Assembly: GCA_045124015.1 (NCBI GenBank)
Contig: JBGVLA010000134.1
Location: 1-60,179 of the forward strand
Reading direction: 5' to 3'
Length of the DNA stretch: 60,179 nt
Origin: Eubacteriales bacterium
Lineage (GTDB): Bacteria > Bacillota > Clostridia > Oscillospirales > CAG-272
Below are positions 17,302-26,696 of this stretch, one piece after another. The notes below the pieces were generated by a model, which was not told the origin of the DNA, made no database searches, and was given only the letters and a program-made list of their open reading frames with translations. Position 1 is the stretch's first letter. Each line of letters starts with the position of its first letter. Both the position numbers and the translations under genes were made by a program.

Positions 17302-18474
17302 TTAGTGGCAGATGCACTTTTCGGTGTCTTTGTCGAAAATGTGAACTCTGGAAGTGTCGATCGCAACCTTGATGGTGTCGCCGCCCTTAGCAGTGGATCT
17401 GGGAGATACACGAGCAGTGAGCTTAACTTCACCGGATTTGTCGATAACAACGTTCTTCTTAGCCATGAGAGCTTCGTCTACAACGACGCGGTTAGCAATG
17501 AGGTAGAGGAAGATTTCAGAACCCATAAGTTCGGTAACGTCAACGTAAGCTTCGAAGGAAGCCTTTTCCATAACAGCGATCTGTGCGGGGGTGTCAACGA
17601 TACATTCGGGACGAACACCTGCGATAACGTCTTTGCCGATGTAGGGCTGAAGCTCAGGAAGATTGCCTTTTTCTTCGGGAAGCTTGATCTTGATTTCGCC
17701 GAACTGGAGGTATACGCCATCGTTTTCTTTTACGAGTGTGCAGTTGATGAAGTTCATCTGAGGTGTACCCATGAAGCCTGCAACGAAGGTGTTAACAGGG
17801 TAGTCATAGAGGTTCTGAGGAGTATCAACCTGCTGAATGATACCGTCTTTCATAACAACGATACGAGTAGCCATGGTCATAGCTTCTACCTGGTCGTGTG
17901 TTACGTAGATAAATGTGGTACCGAGCTTGTTGTGGAGCTTGGTGATTTCGGTTCTCATGGATGCACGAAGCTTAGCGTCCAAGTTGGAGAGCGGTTCGTC
18001 AAGAAGGAATACCTTCGGATCACGTACGATTGCACGGCCGAGAGCAACACGCTGCTTCTGACCACCGGAGAGAGCCTTCGGATAACGGTCGAGAAGGTGG
18101 GTGATTTCGAGGATACGAGCAGCTTCTTCAACTTTGCGCTTGATGGTTTCTTTAGGCATCTTGCGGAGCTTAAGACCGAATGCCATGTTATCGAAAATAG
18201 TCATGTGAGGATACAGAGCGTAGTTCTGGAATACCATCGCGATATCTCTGTCCTTGGGGGCAACGTCATTGACGAGTCTGTCGCCGATGAAAAGTTCGCC
18301 CTCGGAAATTTCTTCAAGTCCGGCAATCATACGAAGAGTAGTGGATTTACCGCAACCGGAAGGACCTACGAAGATGATAAACTCGGTATCTTTGATTTCA
18401 AGGCAGAAGTCAGAAACCGCAGTTACACCGCCGGGGTACTTTTTGTAGATGTGTCTCAAGGAAAGGCTTGCCAT
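17302..18474 (-). CDS. Sugar ABC transporter ATP-binding protein (MsmK/UgpC/MalK type), not linked to permease genes
   Basis: Walker A GPSGCGKST, signature LSGGQKQRVALGRA, Walker B FLLDEP, and a C-terminal regulatory (TOBE-like) domain. Confidence 0.9.
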   Translation of the reverse strand: MASLSLRHIYKKYPGGVTAVSDFCLEIKDTEFIIFVGPSGCGKSTTLRMIAGLEEISEGELFIGDRLVNDVAPKDRDIAMVFQNYALYPHMTIFDNMAFGLKLRKMPKETIKRKVEEAARILEITHLLDRYPKALSGGQKQRVALGRAIVRDPKVFLLDEPLSNLDAKLRASMRTEITKLHNKLGTTFIYVTHDQVEAMTMATRIVVMKDGIIQQVDTPQNLYDYPVNTFVAGFMGTPQMNFINCTLVKENDGVYLQFGEIKIKLPEEKGNLPELQPYIGKDVIAGVRPECIVDTPAQIAVMEKASFEAYVDVTELMGSEIFLYLIANRVVVDEALMAKKNVVIDKSGEVKLTARVSPRSTAKGGDTIKVAIDTSRVHIFDKDTEKCICH

Positions 18475-18753
18475 AATTTTGACTCCGTTCTCGGCGACAA
18501 AAGCATTTTTGTGATTCCATCACTCAGCCGCCGATGAGCGATGTCAGACAAACAGGAATCGGAAAAAACACCATATTTGTCAAAATACAACTAAAAAATA
18601 ACTACATTTAGTAACAATAATATTATAGCAGAGATTTATCAATTTTGGAAGATGGCAAATCTCCGAATTTTAAGAAATATATTTGTTATGTTTGCACAAA
18701 AGCGGACGGGGGATGATTATGAAAGGGGAATCTGTTGTGGTTTTACTAATTTA

Positions 18754-20907
18754 TTAGACGTCCTTCATGGTAAGTCCGATGCGCTTTTTGGCGATATCGA
18801 GCGATTTGATCTTGACCTTGACTTGATCGCCGACGGAAAGCATCTCGCTTGGGTGCTTGATGAACTTTTTGCAAATTTCAGAAACATGAACGAGTCCGTC
18901 TTGATGCACGCCGATGTCAACAAAGGCACCAAAGTCGATAACGTTGCGAACAACGCCGGAGAGGACCATGCCGACGGAAAGGTCGGAAATATCGAGAATA
19001 TCGGAATGAAGCTCGGGCATGGGCAGATCATCGCGGATATCACGACCGGGTTTTTCCAGCTCATTCAGAATATCGATGACGGTCGGCTCACCGATGGCAA
19101 GCTCTGTGCAGAGCTTATCCATGCCGTAAAGATCAGCCGCCTTGCGAAGCCCCTTGAGCCCTTGAATGGTGATGTCCTTTTTGGTGTAGCCGAATTTTCC
19201 GAGAAGAAGCGTTGCTTTCTCATAGGATTCGGGATGAATACCCGTATTATCGAAGATTTCGTCCGAACCCGAAACGCGGAGGAAGCCCGCGCACTGCTCA
19301 AACGCTTTTGCACCGATGCGGGGAACCTTCTTGATTTCGGAACGTTTTTTGAATTCACCGTTTTCTTCGCGGTATTTGACGATGTTCTTGGCGGAGGTCG
19401 CATTGATGCCCGCGATGTGCTCAAGCAGGGAATACGAAGCGGTATTCACGTCGACGCCGACCGCGTTTACACATTCTTCAACGACACCCGAAAGTGCTTC
19501 GTCGAGACGCGCTTCCTTCATGTCATGCTGATACTGTCCGACACCGATGGATTTCGGGTCGATCTTGACAAGCTCAGCCAAGGGGTCTTGGATTCGGCGT
19601 GCGATGGAAACGGCACTGCGCTGTGTTACGTCAAAATCGGGGAATTCTTCTGCGCCGAGCTTGGAGGCGGAATAAACGGATGCGCCTGCTTCGCTGGTTA
19701 CGATGTACTTGGTGCCGATACCGATCTCCTTGAGCGTTTCGGCAACGAAGATCTCGCTTTCCTTGGATGCCGTACCGTTGCCGATGGAAACGATATCGAC
19801 GTTATATTTTGTTACGAGATTTTTGACGATCTTCTTTGCCTGCTCAGTCTTTTCGTGGGGCTTTGTCGGATAGATGACGGCGGTATCGAGAACCTTGCCT
19901 GTTTTGTCAACGACGGCAAGCTTACAGCCCGTTCTGTAGCCGGGGTCAAGTCCGAGGACGGTCTTGCCTTTGATGGGGGCTTGCATCAGAAGATTTTTAA
20001 GGTTTTGAGAGAAAAGCTTGATCGCGCCTTCGCTTGCGATATCAAAAAGATCGGAGCGGATCTCACGTTCGATAGAGGGTGCAATGAGACGGTCATAGCT
20101 GTCTACCATCGCGGAAACGACGTAGGGAAAAGCAGGGCTTTTCGGTGCTTTGATGACCTTGGAAAGCAAATAATTGAGCGGAATATCCTTGGAGATGTCC
20201 ACGGAGACCTTCAAAAATTCTTCCTTTTCGCCTCTGTTGATAGCCAATACACGATGGGAGGGAACGACCTTGATCTTTTCGTTATAATCATAATACATGG
20301 CGTAAACGGAATCCTCGTCCTTTGCCTGCTTTGCGGAAAGGAATGCGTGTTCATAGGTCAGCGCGCGGATATCGCGGCGATAATCGGCGTCGTCGGAAAT
20401 ATCCTCCGCGATGATGTCCATCGCGCCTGCAAGAGCGGCTTTCGCGGTTTCCACGCCCTTTTCTTCGTTGATGTAATCCTCTGCGAGAACGGCAATGTCT
20501 GCATCATACTTGTCCGCCTGCTCCATGAGCAGGTCTGCCAAGGGCGTGAGTCCGCGTTCACGGGCAACGGATGCGCGCGTTTTCTTTTTCTGCTTATACG
20601 GACGGTAGATATCTTCCACTTCCGCGAGGATCTTTGCTTCTTTCAGCGCTTCTTCGATCTCGGGGGTCATCTTGCCTTGTTCAAAGATGGCGTTGTAGAC
20701 CTCTTCTTTGCGTTTTTCAAGACCGCGGAGATAATTCAAACGGTCGGAAAGTGCGCGGAGCTGTTCGTCGTCGAGCGAGCCTGTAACCTCCTTGCGGTAA
20801 CGCGCGATAAACGGAATGGTATTGCCCTCGTCGAGAAGGGCAACAGCGGCTTCGATTTGCGAAAGCTTGATACCAAGCTCTTCGCTGAGTCTTTCAAGAA
20901 TTTCCAT
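18754..20907 (-). CDS. tex: Tex-like transcription accessory protein (YqgF plus S1 domains)
   Basis: IPFIARYRKE N-terminus and C-terminal S1 domain GMVLSGVVRNVIDFGAFVDIGVHQDGLVHVSE. Confidence 0.9.
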   Translation of the reverse strand: MEILERLSEELGIKLSQIEAAVALLDEGNTIPFIARYRKEVTGSLDDEQLRALSDRLNYLRGLEKRKEEVYNAIFEQGKMTPEIEEALKEAKILAEVEDIYRPYKQKKKTRASVARERGLTPLADLLMEQADKYDADIAVLAEDYINEEKGVETAKAALAGAMDIIAEDISDDADYRRDIRALTYEHAFLSAKQAKDEDSVYAMYYDYNEKIKVVPSHRVLAINRGEKEEFLKVSVDISKDIPLNYLLSKVIKAPKSPAFPYVVSAMVDSYDRLIAPSIEREIRSDLFDIASEGAIKLFSQNLKNLLMQAPIKGKTVLGLDPGYRTGCKLAVVDKTGKVLDTAVIYPTKPHEKTEQAKKIVKNLVTKYNVDIVSIGNGTASKESEIFVAETLKEIGIGTKYIVTSEAGASVYSASKLGAEEFPDFDVTQRSAVSIARRIQDPLAELVKIDPKSIGVGQYQHDMKEARLDEALSGVVEECVNAVGVDVNTASYSLLEHIAGINATSAKNIVKYREENGEFKKRSEIKKVPRIGAKAFEQCAGFLRVSGSDEIFDNTGIHPESYEKATLLLGKFGYTKKDITIQGLKGLRKAADLYGMDKLCTELAIGEPTVIDILNELEKPGRDIRDDLPMPELHSDILDISDLSVGMVLSGVVRNVIDFGAFVDIGVHQDGLVHVSEICKKFIKHPSEMLSVGDQVKVKIKSLDIAKKRIGLTMKDV

Positions 20908-20994
20908 GTTTTTGGAACCTCCAATAGGGTGTTTTACTGTTATGGATTTGCCAAGTCGGCAATGATTTTCAAAATATAGAGCTCGCCGTTTGAT

Positions 20995-21423
20995 TCATCG
21001 TAATAAATGGTAACGGCGGTTTGTTTTTTTCAGTGTGTCGAGCATTTCCTTTGAAAAGGTATTTTCGGGTGAAATTTCGGTTCCGTCCACCTTGATGCGC
21101 AGCGTATAGCCTTGGAAGTCATCACGATACCAATGTTCCGTTTCTTCAAGGATTTCGAGTGAGCCGGAAAGCGAATCGGAAGAGTCCTGCTTCGACAGAG
21201 CGTGTAATCGAAGCATTTTGAAGCACAGCGAAAACATGCAGATAGCCATAATGAGGATCGAACAAAGCGGAATGATAAAAGCAAATCTTCCGATGGCGAT
21301 GTTTTTCTTTTTTCCGTTCGTAATGATAAAATGGAGGAATACACCGATCAGCAGAAGGGGCACGATGACAAAAACGGTAGAAAGCATCAAGCTTTCCGTA
21401 TCGGGATATTGATAGATCGTCAT
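20995..21423 (-). CDS. Hypothetical membrane protein (two TM helices)
   Basis: ATGA overlap with the upstream pseudouridine synthase gene. I recognise no family. Confidence 0.55.
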   Translation of the reverse strand: MTIYQYPDTESLMLSTVFVIVPLLLIGVFLHFIITNGKKKNIAIGRFAFIIPLCSILIMAICMFSLCFKMLRLHALSKQDSSDSLSGSLEILEETEHWYRDDFQGYTLRIKVDGTEISPENTFSKEMLDTLKKTNRRYHLLR

Positions 21424-22118
21424 CGTTCAAGCTGCTCTCTTTCCGCATCCGTCAGCTCACGCCACTCGCCTCTTGCAAGCGTCGTATCGAGTGGGATCCC
21501 TGCGAAATTTACACGTTCGAGATAAACGATCTTATTGCAAACCGCTTGGAACATACGCTTGATCTGATGGAATTTCCCCTCAGTTACGGTAATTTCGCCC
21601 GAGCGATCCGAGAAAAGATTTAGCTTCGCAGGCTGTGTGGAGCTTTTTTCACCGATGTCCACGCCACGGCAGAGAAGATCGCAGTCTGCATCCGTGAGCG
21701 GTCTTTCACATTCAAAGCGGTACGTTTTTTCCACGTGGCATTTAGGCGAAAGCAGTTTGTGAGCAAGCGGCCCGTTGTTGGTGAGAATGAGAAGTCCGAG
21801 CGTATTTTTGTCGAGTCTGCCGCAAGGGAAGAGTCCCATCTTGCGGTATTTTTCGGGAACGAGGTCAAGAACGGTCTTGCCCTCGCCGTCCTCGGTTGCA
21901 GAAAGCACGCCGTCGGGCTTATTTAACATAAGATAGATGAATTTTTGATAAAGCACAGGTGTACCCATGTAAACGACCGTATCCTTTTCGGGGTCGATAT
22001 GCTGTGAGGGGTCTTTGACCGTCATACCGTTTACAGTGATACCGCCTGCGCGTGCGGCTTTTTTGCTTTCCGTGCGGGATGCCGTTCCCGTTTCGGAAAG
22101 AAATTTATCGAGACGCAT
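21420..22118 (-). CDS. RsuA/RluB-family pseudouridine synthase
   Basis: S4 domain MRLDKFLS..., catalytic GRLDKNTLGLLILTN, and QIKRMF. Confidence 0.85.
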   Translation of the reverse strand: MRLDKFLSETGTASRTESKKAARAGGITVNGMTVKDPSQHIDPEKDTVVYMGTPVLYQKFIYLMLNKPDGVLSATEDGEGKTVLDLVPEKYRKMGLFPCGRLDKNTLGLLILTNNGPLAHKLLSPKCHVEKTYRFECERPLTDADCDLLCRGVDIGEKSSTQPAKLNLFSDRSGEITVTEGKFHQIKRMFQAVCNKIVYLERVNFAGIPLDTTLARGEWRELTDAEREQLER

Positions 22119-22368
22119 GGTTTTGCTCCTTTCTTTTTTTGGAACATTTCAATTTATAATGTTACCATAAAGCTTCCAAAAAGTCAATCCCAAACGAAAA
22201 ATACACTTTTGTGCTTCTTCTCCTCTTTTTGCATTGAAAATATATACGTGCGATTTTGAACCTTACGAAAAGTTTGTTTATCCCAATGAAAATAGATGAT
22301 TGACAAAAAGAAAAAACTGTGATACAATGAAAGTACCTATATTTATATGAATGAAAGGATGTTGTTTT

Positions 22369-24540
22369 ATGAAAATGAAACAAATTTTGGCGCTTCTCTT
22401 GGCTGTTTTCATGATGTTCAGCGTTGTTGCGTGCAACAGCAACCCTGATGAAAGCACGACCGATGGCTCGGCAAATGCCACCACCACAGAGAACTCCACA
22501 CCTGCAGAAACCACAACGGCACAGATCATTGAAACCATTCTTGCAACACAGAAGGTGGAAGAAGAAAAGATCGTTCTTCCTCTTGATGAGATCGTGAACG
22601 CGATCGACATTGCTGCAGAACCGGTTACCGAGACCAAGGAAATTCCGCTTATCATCATCCTTGCGAACTTTGACGCAGATGGCGACGGCGTGGATGACTG
22701 GGATCCCAACGAGCCCGACAAGCTTTTCAAGGATGGCTCTAAGGATTATTACGGTGAACAGTGGGCAGACACCGACCTTGCTGACCATTGGGACATCTAC
22801 TTTGGCGACGGTTATTCTCTCTCCAACTATTATGAAGAATTGACCATGGGCGCTTTCCGTTTTGTTCCGATCGAATTTGACGTAGTTCCCGAGGGTTCTC
22901 CCTTCACCAAGGGCGTTATTGAGGTTACCGTTCCGATTCCTCACCCCTCTGCTTCCGGTAACGCACAGGGCACGATCACCAATGTTTTTGAAGCAACAGA
23001 CCCTTATGTAGACTACTCCAAGTATGATATCAACGATAACGGTAAGATCGACGCGACCGAGCTTGGCGTTGTTATCTTGAATCCCGGTCAGGACGCGTCC
23101 AACGGTACGACCGATATGGGCGGCAAGCAGAAGTTCCAGGTTCACGGTACTTCCCAGTCCCTCAACGCTTGGTGCGACGATATGACCTTCTCCAAGGTTT
23201 CCAACTTCGGTGAATTTGGTAAGGGCGGCGGCGTTATGCAGTGCGGTACTCCTGCGCACGAGCTTGCTCATAACCTTGGTGCAGAGGACCTTTACGATAC
23301 CAACCGTAACGGTCATGGCGGCGGTACTGTCAGCGGCTGGCCGCGCGCTTATAACTTCTCCCTCGAATGCAACGGTAACCACTTGCAGAGTGGCACCCGT
23401 CCTGCTTATCTCGACCCCTACCACAGAATCTATCTCGGTTGGGCAGAATATGAAGTTGTGGAAGACGGCGTTTATACGATCCACTCCACTTTGACCGACC
23501 AGTATAAGATCCTCCGTGTCAATACCCCTGACCCCGGTGAATATTATCTCATCGAGATCCGTTTGAAGGAAGGATTCGAATCTGCACTTACAGGCGGCGC
23601 TTCTAAGGGCGGTATCATGGTATGGCATATCGACCAGGATCTTTGCGACAGATTCTTTGTAGAAGGCAGTGCTTCCACCTCTACCGCACTCAACGGCGTT
23701 CGTCATGACCCTGCGATCGTTCCGCTCTTCAGCGAAGGCTACGATGCAGAAGGTCGTTACATGGGTGATACCTCGCCTTACGATCCTTTCTATTACTACG
23801 ATCCCGAAAATCTTGAAAAAGCTGTATTTGATTCCGGTAACTTCCGTTCCGTAACCAACGGCACACAGTCTCTCAACTCCTATCCTGCAGATTGGGAAGG
23901 CCCCGAAAACTACAATCTCCATATTGAAGTTCTCAGCGCGCCCGGTCAGGAAATGACCATCAAGATCACAAGCGGCACAAAGGATTTTGCTCCCAAGCTC
24001 AGCACTACATACAGCGAAAAATCCCATAACAGCTTGACACTTCAGGGTCAGATTTCTGCTATCAACGGTGCGAACATTACAGCTTGCGCGATCGCTATCT
24101 CTACAAGTGCAGATTTCTCTACCGATTATATGGCTGCGAACGCAACATTGGCAGAAGACGGAAAAACCTTCACTTATAAATTTGAAGGCTTGACTCCCGA
24201 AACAAAATACTATTACAAGGCTTATCTCACCTCCGACCGCGGTTACGTGGAAGCAACAGGTGATACCACAACCTCTGCCGCTCCCAAGGAAAAGACGAAC
24301 TGCAACGTTGCTCTTTACAGCGATGCCGATGCAAAGGCATATACCGTAAAAGCAAATTACGGCAAGGCGCTCGAAATTCCTTCCGGTTGGATCAAGAGCA
24401 TTTCGAATAAGAAGAAAGGCATGAAGCTTGAAGGCTGGTACTATGATGCCGAATTCACAAAACCCTATGACATGACAAAGATCGTTGAAAAGGGTACTGA
24501 AGACTTCGAGCTCTACGCTAAGTGGGTTCCCGAATCTTAA
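22369..24540 (+). CDS. Secreted lipoprotein, M6 (immune-inhibitor-A-like) zinc metalloprotease with a C-terminal Listeria-Bacteroides-type repeat
   Basis: Lipobox MKMKQILALLLAVFMMFSVVAC. HEXXH in GTPAHELAHNLGAEDLYD. C-terminal LEGWYYDAEFTKPYD...FELYAKW repeat. Confidence 0.72.
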   Translation: MKMKQILALLLAVFMMFSVVACNSNPDESTTDGSANATTTENSTPAETTTAQIIETILATQKVEEEKIVLPLDEIVNAIDIAAEPVTETKEIPLIIILANFDADGDGVDDWDPNEPDKLFKDGSKDYYGEQWADTDLADHWDIYFGDGYSLSNYYEELTMGAFRFVPIEFDVVPEGSPFTKGVIEVTVPIPHPSASGNAQGTITNVFEATDPYVDYSKYDINDNGKIDATELGVVILNPGQDASNGTTDMGGKQKFQVHGTSQSLNAWCDDMTFSKVSNFGEFGKGGGVMQCGTPAHELAHNLGAEDLYDTNRNGHGGGTVSGWPRAYNFSLECNGNHLQSGTRPAYLDPYHRIYLGWAEYEVVEDGVYTIHSTLTDQYKILRVNTPDPGEYYLIEIRLKEGFESALTGGASKGGIMVWHIDQDLCDRFFVEGSASTSTALNGVRHDPAIVPLFSEGYDAEGRYMGDTSPYDPFYYYDPENLEKAVFDSGNFRSVTNGTQSLNSYPADWEGPENYNLHIEVLSAPGQEMTIKITSGTKDFAPKLSTTYSEKSHNSLTLQGQISAINGANITACAIAISTSADFSTDYMAANATLAEDGKTFTYKFEGLTPETKYYYKAYLTSDRGYVEATGDTTTSAAPKEKTNCNVALYSDADAKAYTVKANYGKALEIPSGWIKSISNKKKGMKLEGWYYDAEFTKPYDMTKIVEKGTEDFELYAKWVPES

Positions 24541-24546
24541 TGATAC

Positions 24547-24579
24547 AAAAACAGTGCATCCTCGGATGCACTGTTTTTT
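24547..24579. terminator. Bidirectional terminator between the protease gene and sigG
   Basis: aaaaacagtgcatcc-tcg-gatgcactgtttttt, with an A-run 5' and a T-run 3'. Confidence 0.75.
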
Positions 24580-24638
24580 GCCATTGTATTTTGCTTTCTC
24601 CTGACAAGGAGAAAGTGAGCGGAAATGTCGCTATGGGG

Positions 24639-25412
24639 TCAAAGGTCCTTGCGTATGCGCTCGAGCGCGCTTTTTTCGATGCGAGAGACCTGCGCTTGCG
24701 AAATACCGATCTCATCTGCGATCTCCATTTGTGTCTTCCCGCGATAAAAACGCATCGTGATGATGGAGCGTTCGCGGTCAGAAAGCTTTTTCATGGCTTC
24801 GGTGATGGCGATGTTTTCAAGCCAGGAATCGACGCTTTCATCTTCATCGCAGATCTGATCCATAACGTAAATGGAATCTCCGTTTTCTCCATAAACGGGA
24901 TCATAAAGCGAAACGGGTGCCATGATGGCTTCAAGTGCTTCCGAAACCGCGCGGATCGGTTCTCCCAGCGCCGTTGCAATGTCCTCTACGGTGGGCTCGC
25001 GGTCCATCGTTTTGGAAAGATGCTCGCGTTCGCTGAGCGCTCGATAGGCAAGATCACGCATACCGCGGCTGACGCGAAGCATATTATTGTCTCTTAGATA
25101 TCGACGTATTTCACCGATGATCATCGGCACGGCATACGTGCTGAATTTGACACCGATCTCCACGTCAAAATGATCGATCGCCTTGATCAGTCCGATGCAT
25201 CCGACTTGAAAAAGATCGTCTGCATCGTCGACCTTGCCGCCAAAGCGTTGAATGATGCTGAGCACCAAGCGAAGATTGCCTGCAATAAGCCGTTCTCTTG
25301 CTTTTTTGTCGCCATTTTTCGTGCGGCGAAGAAGCTCATTTTTTTCATCGTTCGACAATGTTTCGAGTTTTGACGTATTGACTCCGCATAAATCGACTTT
25401 ATTATAATACAT
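24639..25412 (-). CDS. sigG: Forespore sigma factor SigG
   Basis: NKVDLCGVNTSKL..., GNLRLVLSIIQRF, DDLFQVGCIGLIKAIDHFD, FSTYAVPMIIGEIRRYLRDNN, GISQAQVSRIEK. The start at MYYNK has a GAGAGG SD. Confidence 0.85.
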   Translation of the reverse strand: MYYNKVDLCGVNTSKLETLSNDEKNELLRRTKNGDKKARERLIAGNLRLVLSIIQRFGGKVDDADDLFQVGCIGLIKAIDHFDVEIGVKFSTYAVPMIIGEIRRYLRDNNMLRVSRGMRDLAYRALSEREHLSKTMDREPTVEDIATALGEPIRAVSEALEAIMAPVSLYDPVYGENGDSIYVMDQICDEDESVDSWLENIAITEAMKKLSDRERSIITMRFYRGKTQMEIADEIGISQAQVSRIEKSALERIRKDL

Positions 25413-25448
25413 AAAAATAACCTCTCGGGCAAAATTTGACTGTGAGAA

Positions 25449-25480
25449 CAGTATTGCCGAAAGCCGTCGTTTTTTATGCA
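25449..25480 (-). promoter_or_regulatory. Candidate SigF/SigG-type promoter of sigG
   Basis: The minus strand reads TGCATA-N15-GGCAATACT, resembling the forespore consensus GCATR..GGnnAnAnT. Confidence 0.45.
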
Positions 25481-25631
25481 AAAGCGTACTCTTCCACTTT
25501 CTTCCTGTCTTTTTCTGAAATCAAAAAAATAGAGAAGAATATGAAAAAAGAGATATTTCATATTGAAAAATCAGATTCTTTTTGATATAATATAAGTTAG
25601 ATTATTTCAAACAAAAGGAGATGAATTCCCG

Positions 25632-26411
25632 ATGAAAGGACTCAAACGCCTTTTGAGTTATACCAGACGTGCGTGCGAAGATTACGGGATGATCGAGCCC
25701 GGCGATAAGATCGCGGTCGGCGTTTCCGCAGGGAAGGATTCTCTTTCTCTTCTGTATGCGCTTGCGGAGCTTCGCCGTTTCTATCCCGTTCCGTTCGAGC
25801 TCGTTGCCATCACGGTGGATATGCGATTTGGCGATCTTGAAAACGGCGGCGTACCGACGGATTTCACACCCATTCGTGAGCTTTGCGAAAAGCTCGGCGT
25901 ACCGTATCACGTTGAGCCATCCAATATCGCAAAGATCATTTTCGATGTCCGTAAGGAATCGAATCCTTGCTCGCTTTGTGCCAAGCTCAGACGCGGCATG
26001 GTCAACGACACCGCCAAAAAGCTCGGATGCAATAAGGTCGCGCTCGGTCATCATTTTGATGATATCGTCGAGACCTTTATGCTCAATCTTTTTTTCGAGG
26101 GCAGACTCGGTTGCTTTGCACCCATTACCTATCTTGACCGCACGGATATCACCGTCATCCGTCCGCTCATGTATGCGCCCGAAAAGGATATTCGTTATTT
26201 TGCGGCGAACGCAGAGCTTCCCGTTGTGAAAAGCGCTTGTCCCGCAGACGGTAAGACGGAGCGCGAATCGATGAAGCAGTTCCTTGCCGATCTTGAATTC
26301 AAGCATAAGGGACTTCGACATCGGATCTTCGGCGCGATGCAAAAGGCAGGCATCGACGGCTATAAGGAAGCGAAGGTCAAGATCTATTCCGACCCAAAAC
26401 GGGATGAATAA
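25632..26411 (+). CDS. PP-loop ATPase, TtcA-like tRNA thiolation protein
   Basis: SAGKDSLSLL PP-loop; CSLCAKLRRG and SACPADG cysteine motifs. Confidence 0.8.
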   Translation: MKGLKRLLSYTRRACEDYGMIEPGDKIAVGVSAGKDSLSLLYALAELRRFYPVPFELVAITVDMRFGDLENGGVPTDFTPIRELCEKLGVPYHVEPSNIAKIIFDVRKESNPCSLCAKLRRGMVNDTAKKLGCNKVALGHHFDDIVETFMLNLFFEGRLGCFAPITYLDRTDITVIRPLMYAPEKDIRYFAANAELPVVKSACPADGKTERESMKQFLADLEFKHKGLRHRIFGAMQKAGIDGYKEAKVKIYSDPKRDE

Positions 26412-26462
26412 AGAATTTTTCGGGTGAGATACTAAGAAAAAATCCAAAAGGAGAAATTTCTG

Positions 26463-26672
26463 ATGTATGATTCCCGAAAAACAAGGGATTTTTCTATGCG
26501 GTATTGTCCAAATCTGCGCGACGGCGTCGTGGTGATGACGGAGAACAGCATCGGAAAGCCCGAAAATAAAATATGTCTTTCTTCGCATCTTTGTCATGCG
26601 GATATGCGCGCTCGATGCGATCATACGAGTGCGGTCTCCGTCAAAAGCGATGCAGACATTTTGAAATCGTAA
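26463..26672 (+). CDS. Candidate small Cys/His-rich protein (69 aa)
   Basis: GGAG lies 9 nt upstream of the ATG. The ORF fills the gap between the ttcA-like gene and pgi with no terminator on either side. I recognise no family. Confidence 0.35.
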   Translation: MYDSRKTRDFSMRYCPNLRDGVVVMTENSIGKPENKICLSSHLCHADMRARCDHTSAVSVKSDADILKS

Positions 26673-26696
26673 TTTTATAATGTGAGGTATATAAAA

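Noticed and set aside
17302-18474. Orphan ABC ATPase as a possible anomaly
   Set aside because: Stand-alone MsmK-type ATPases that energise several sugar importers are well known in Firmicutes. This is an ordinary arrangement.
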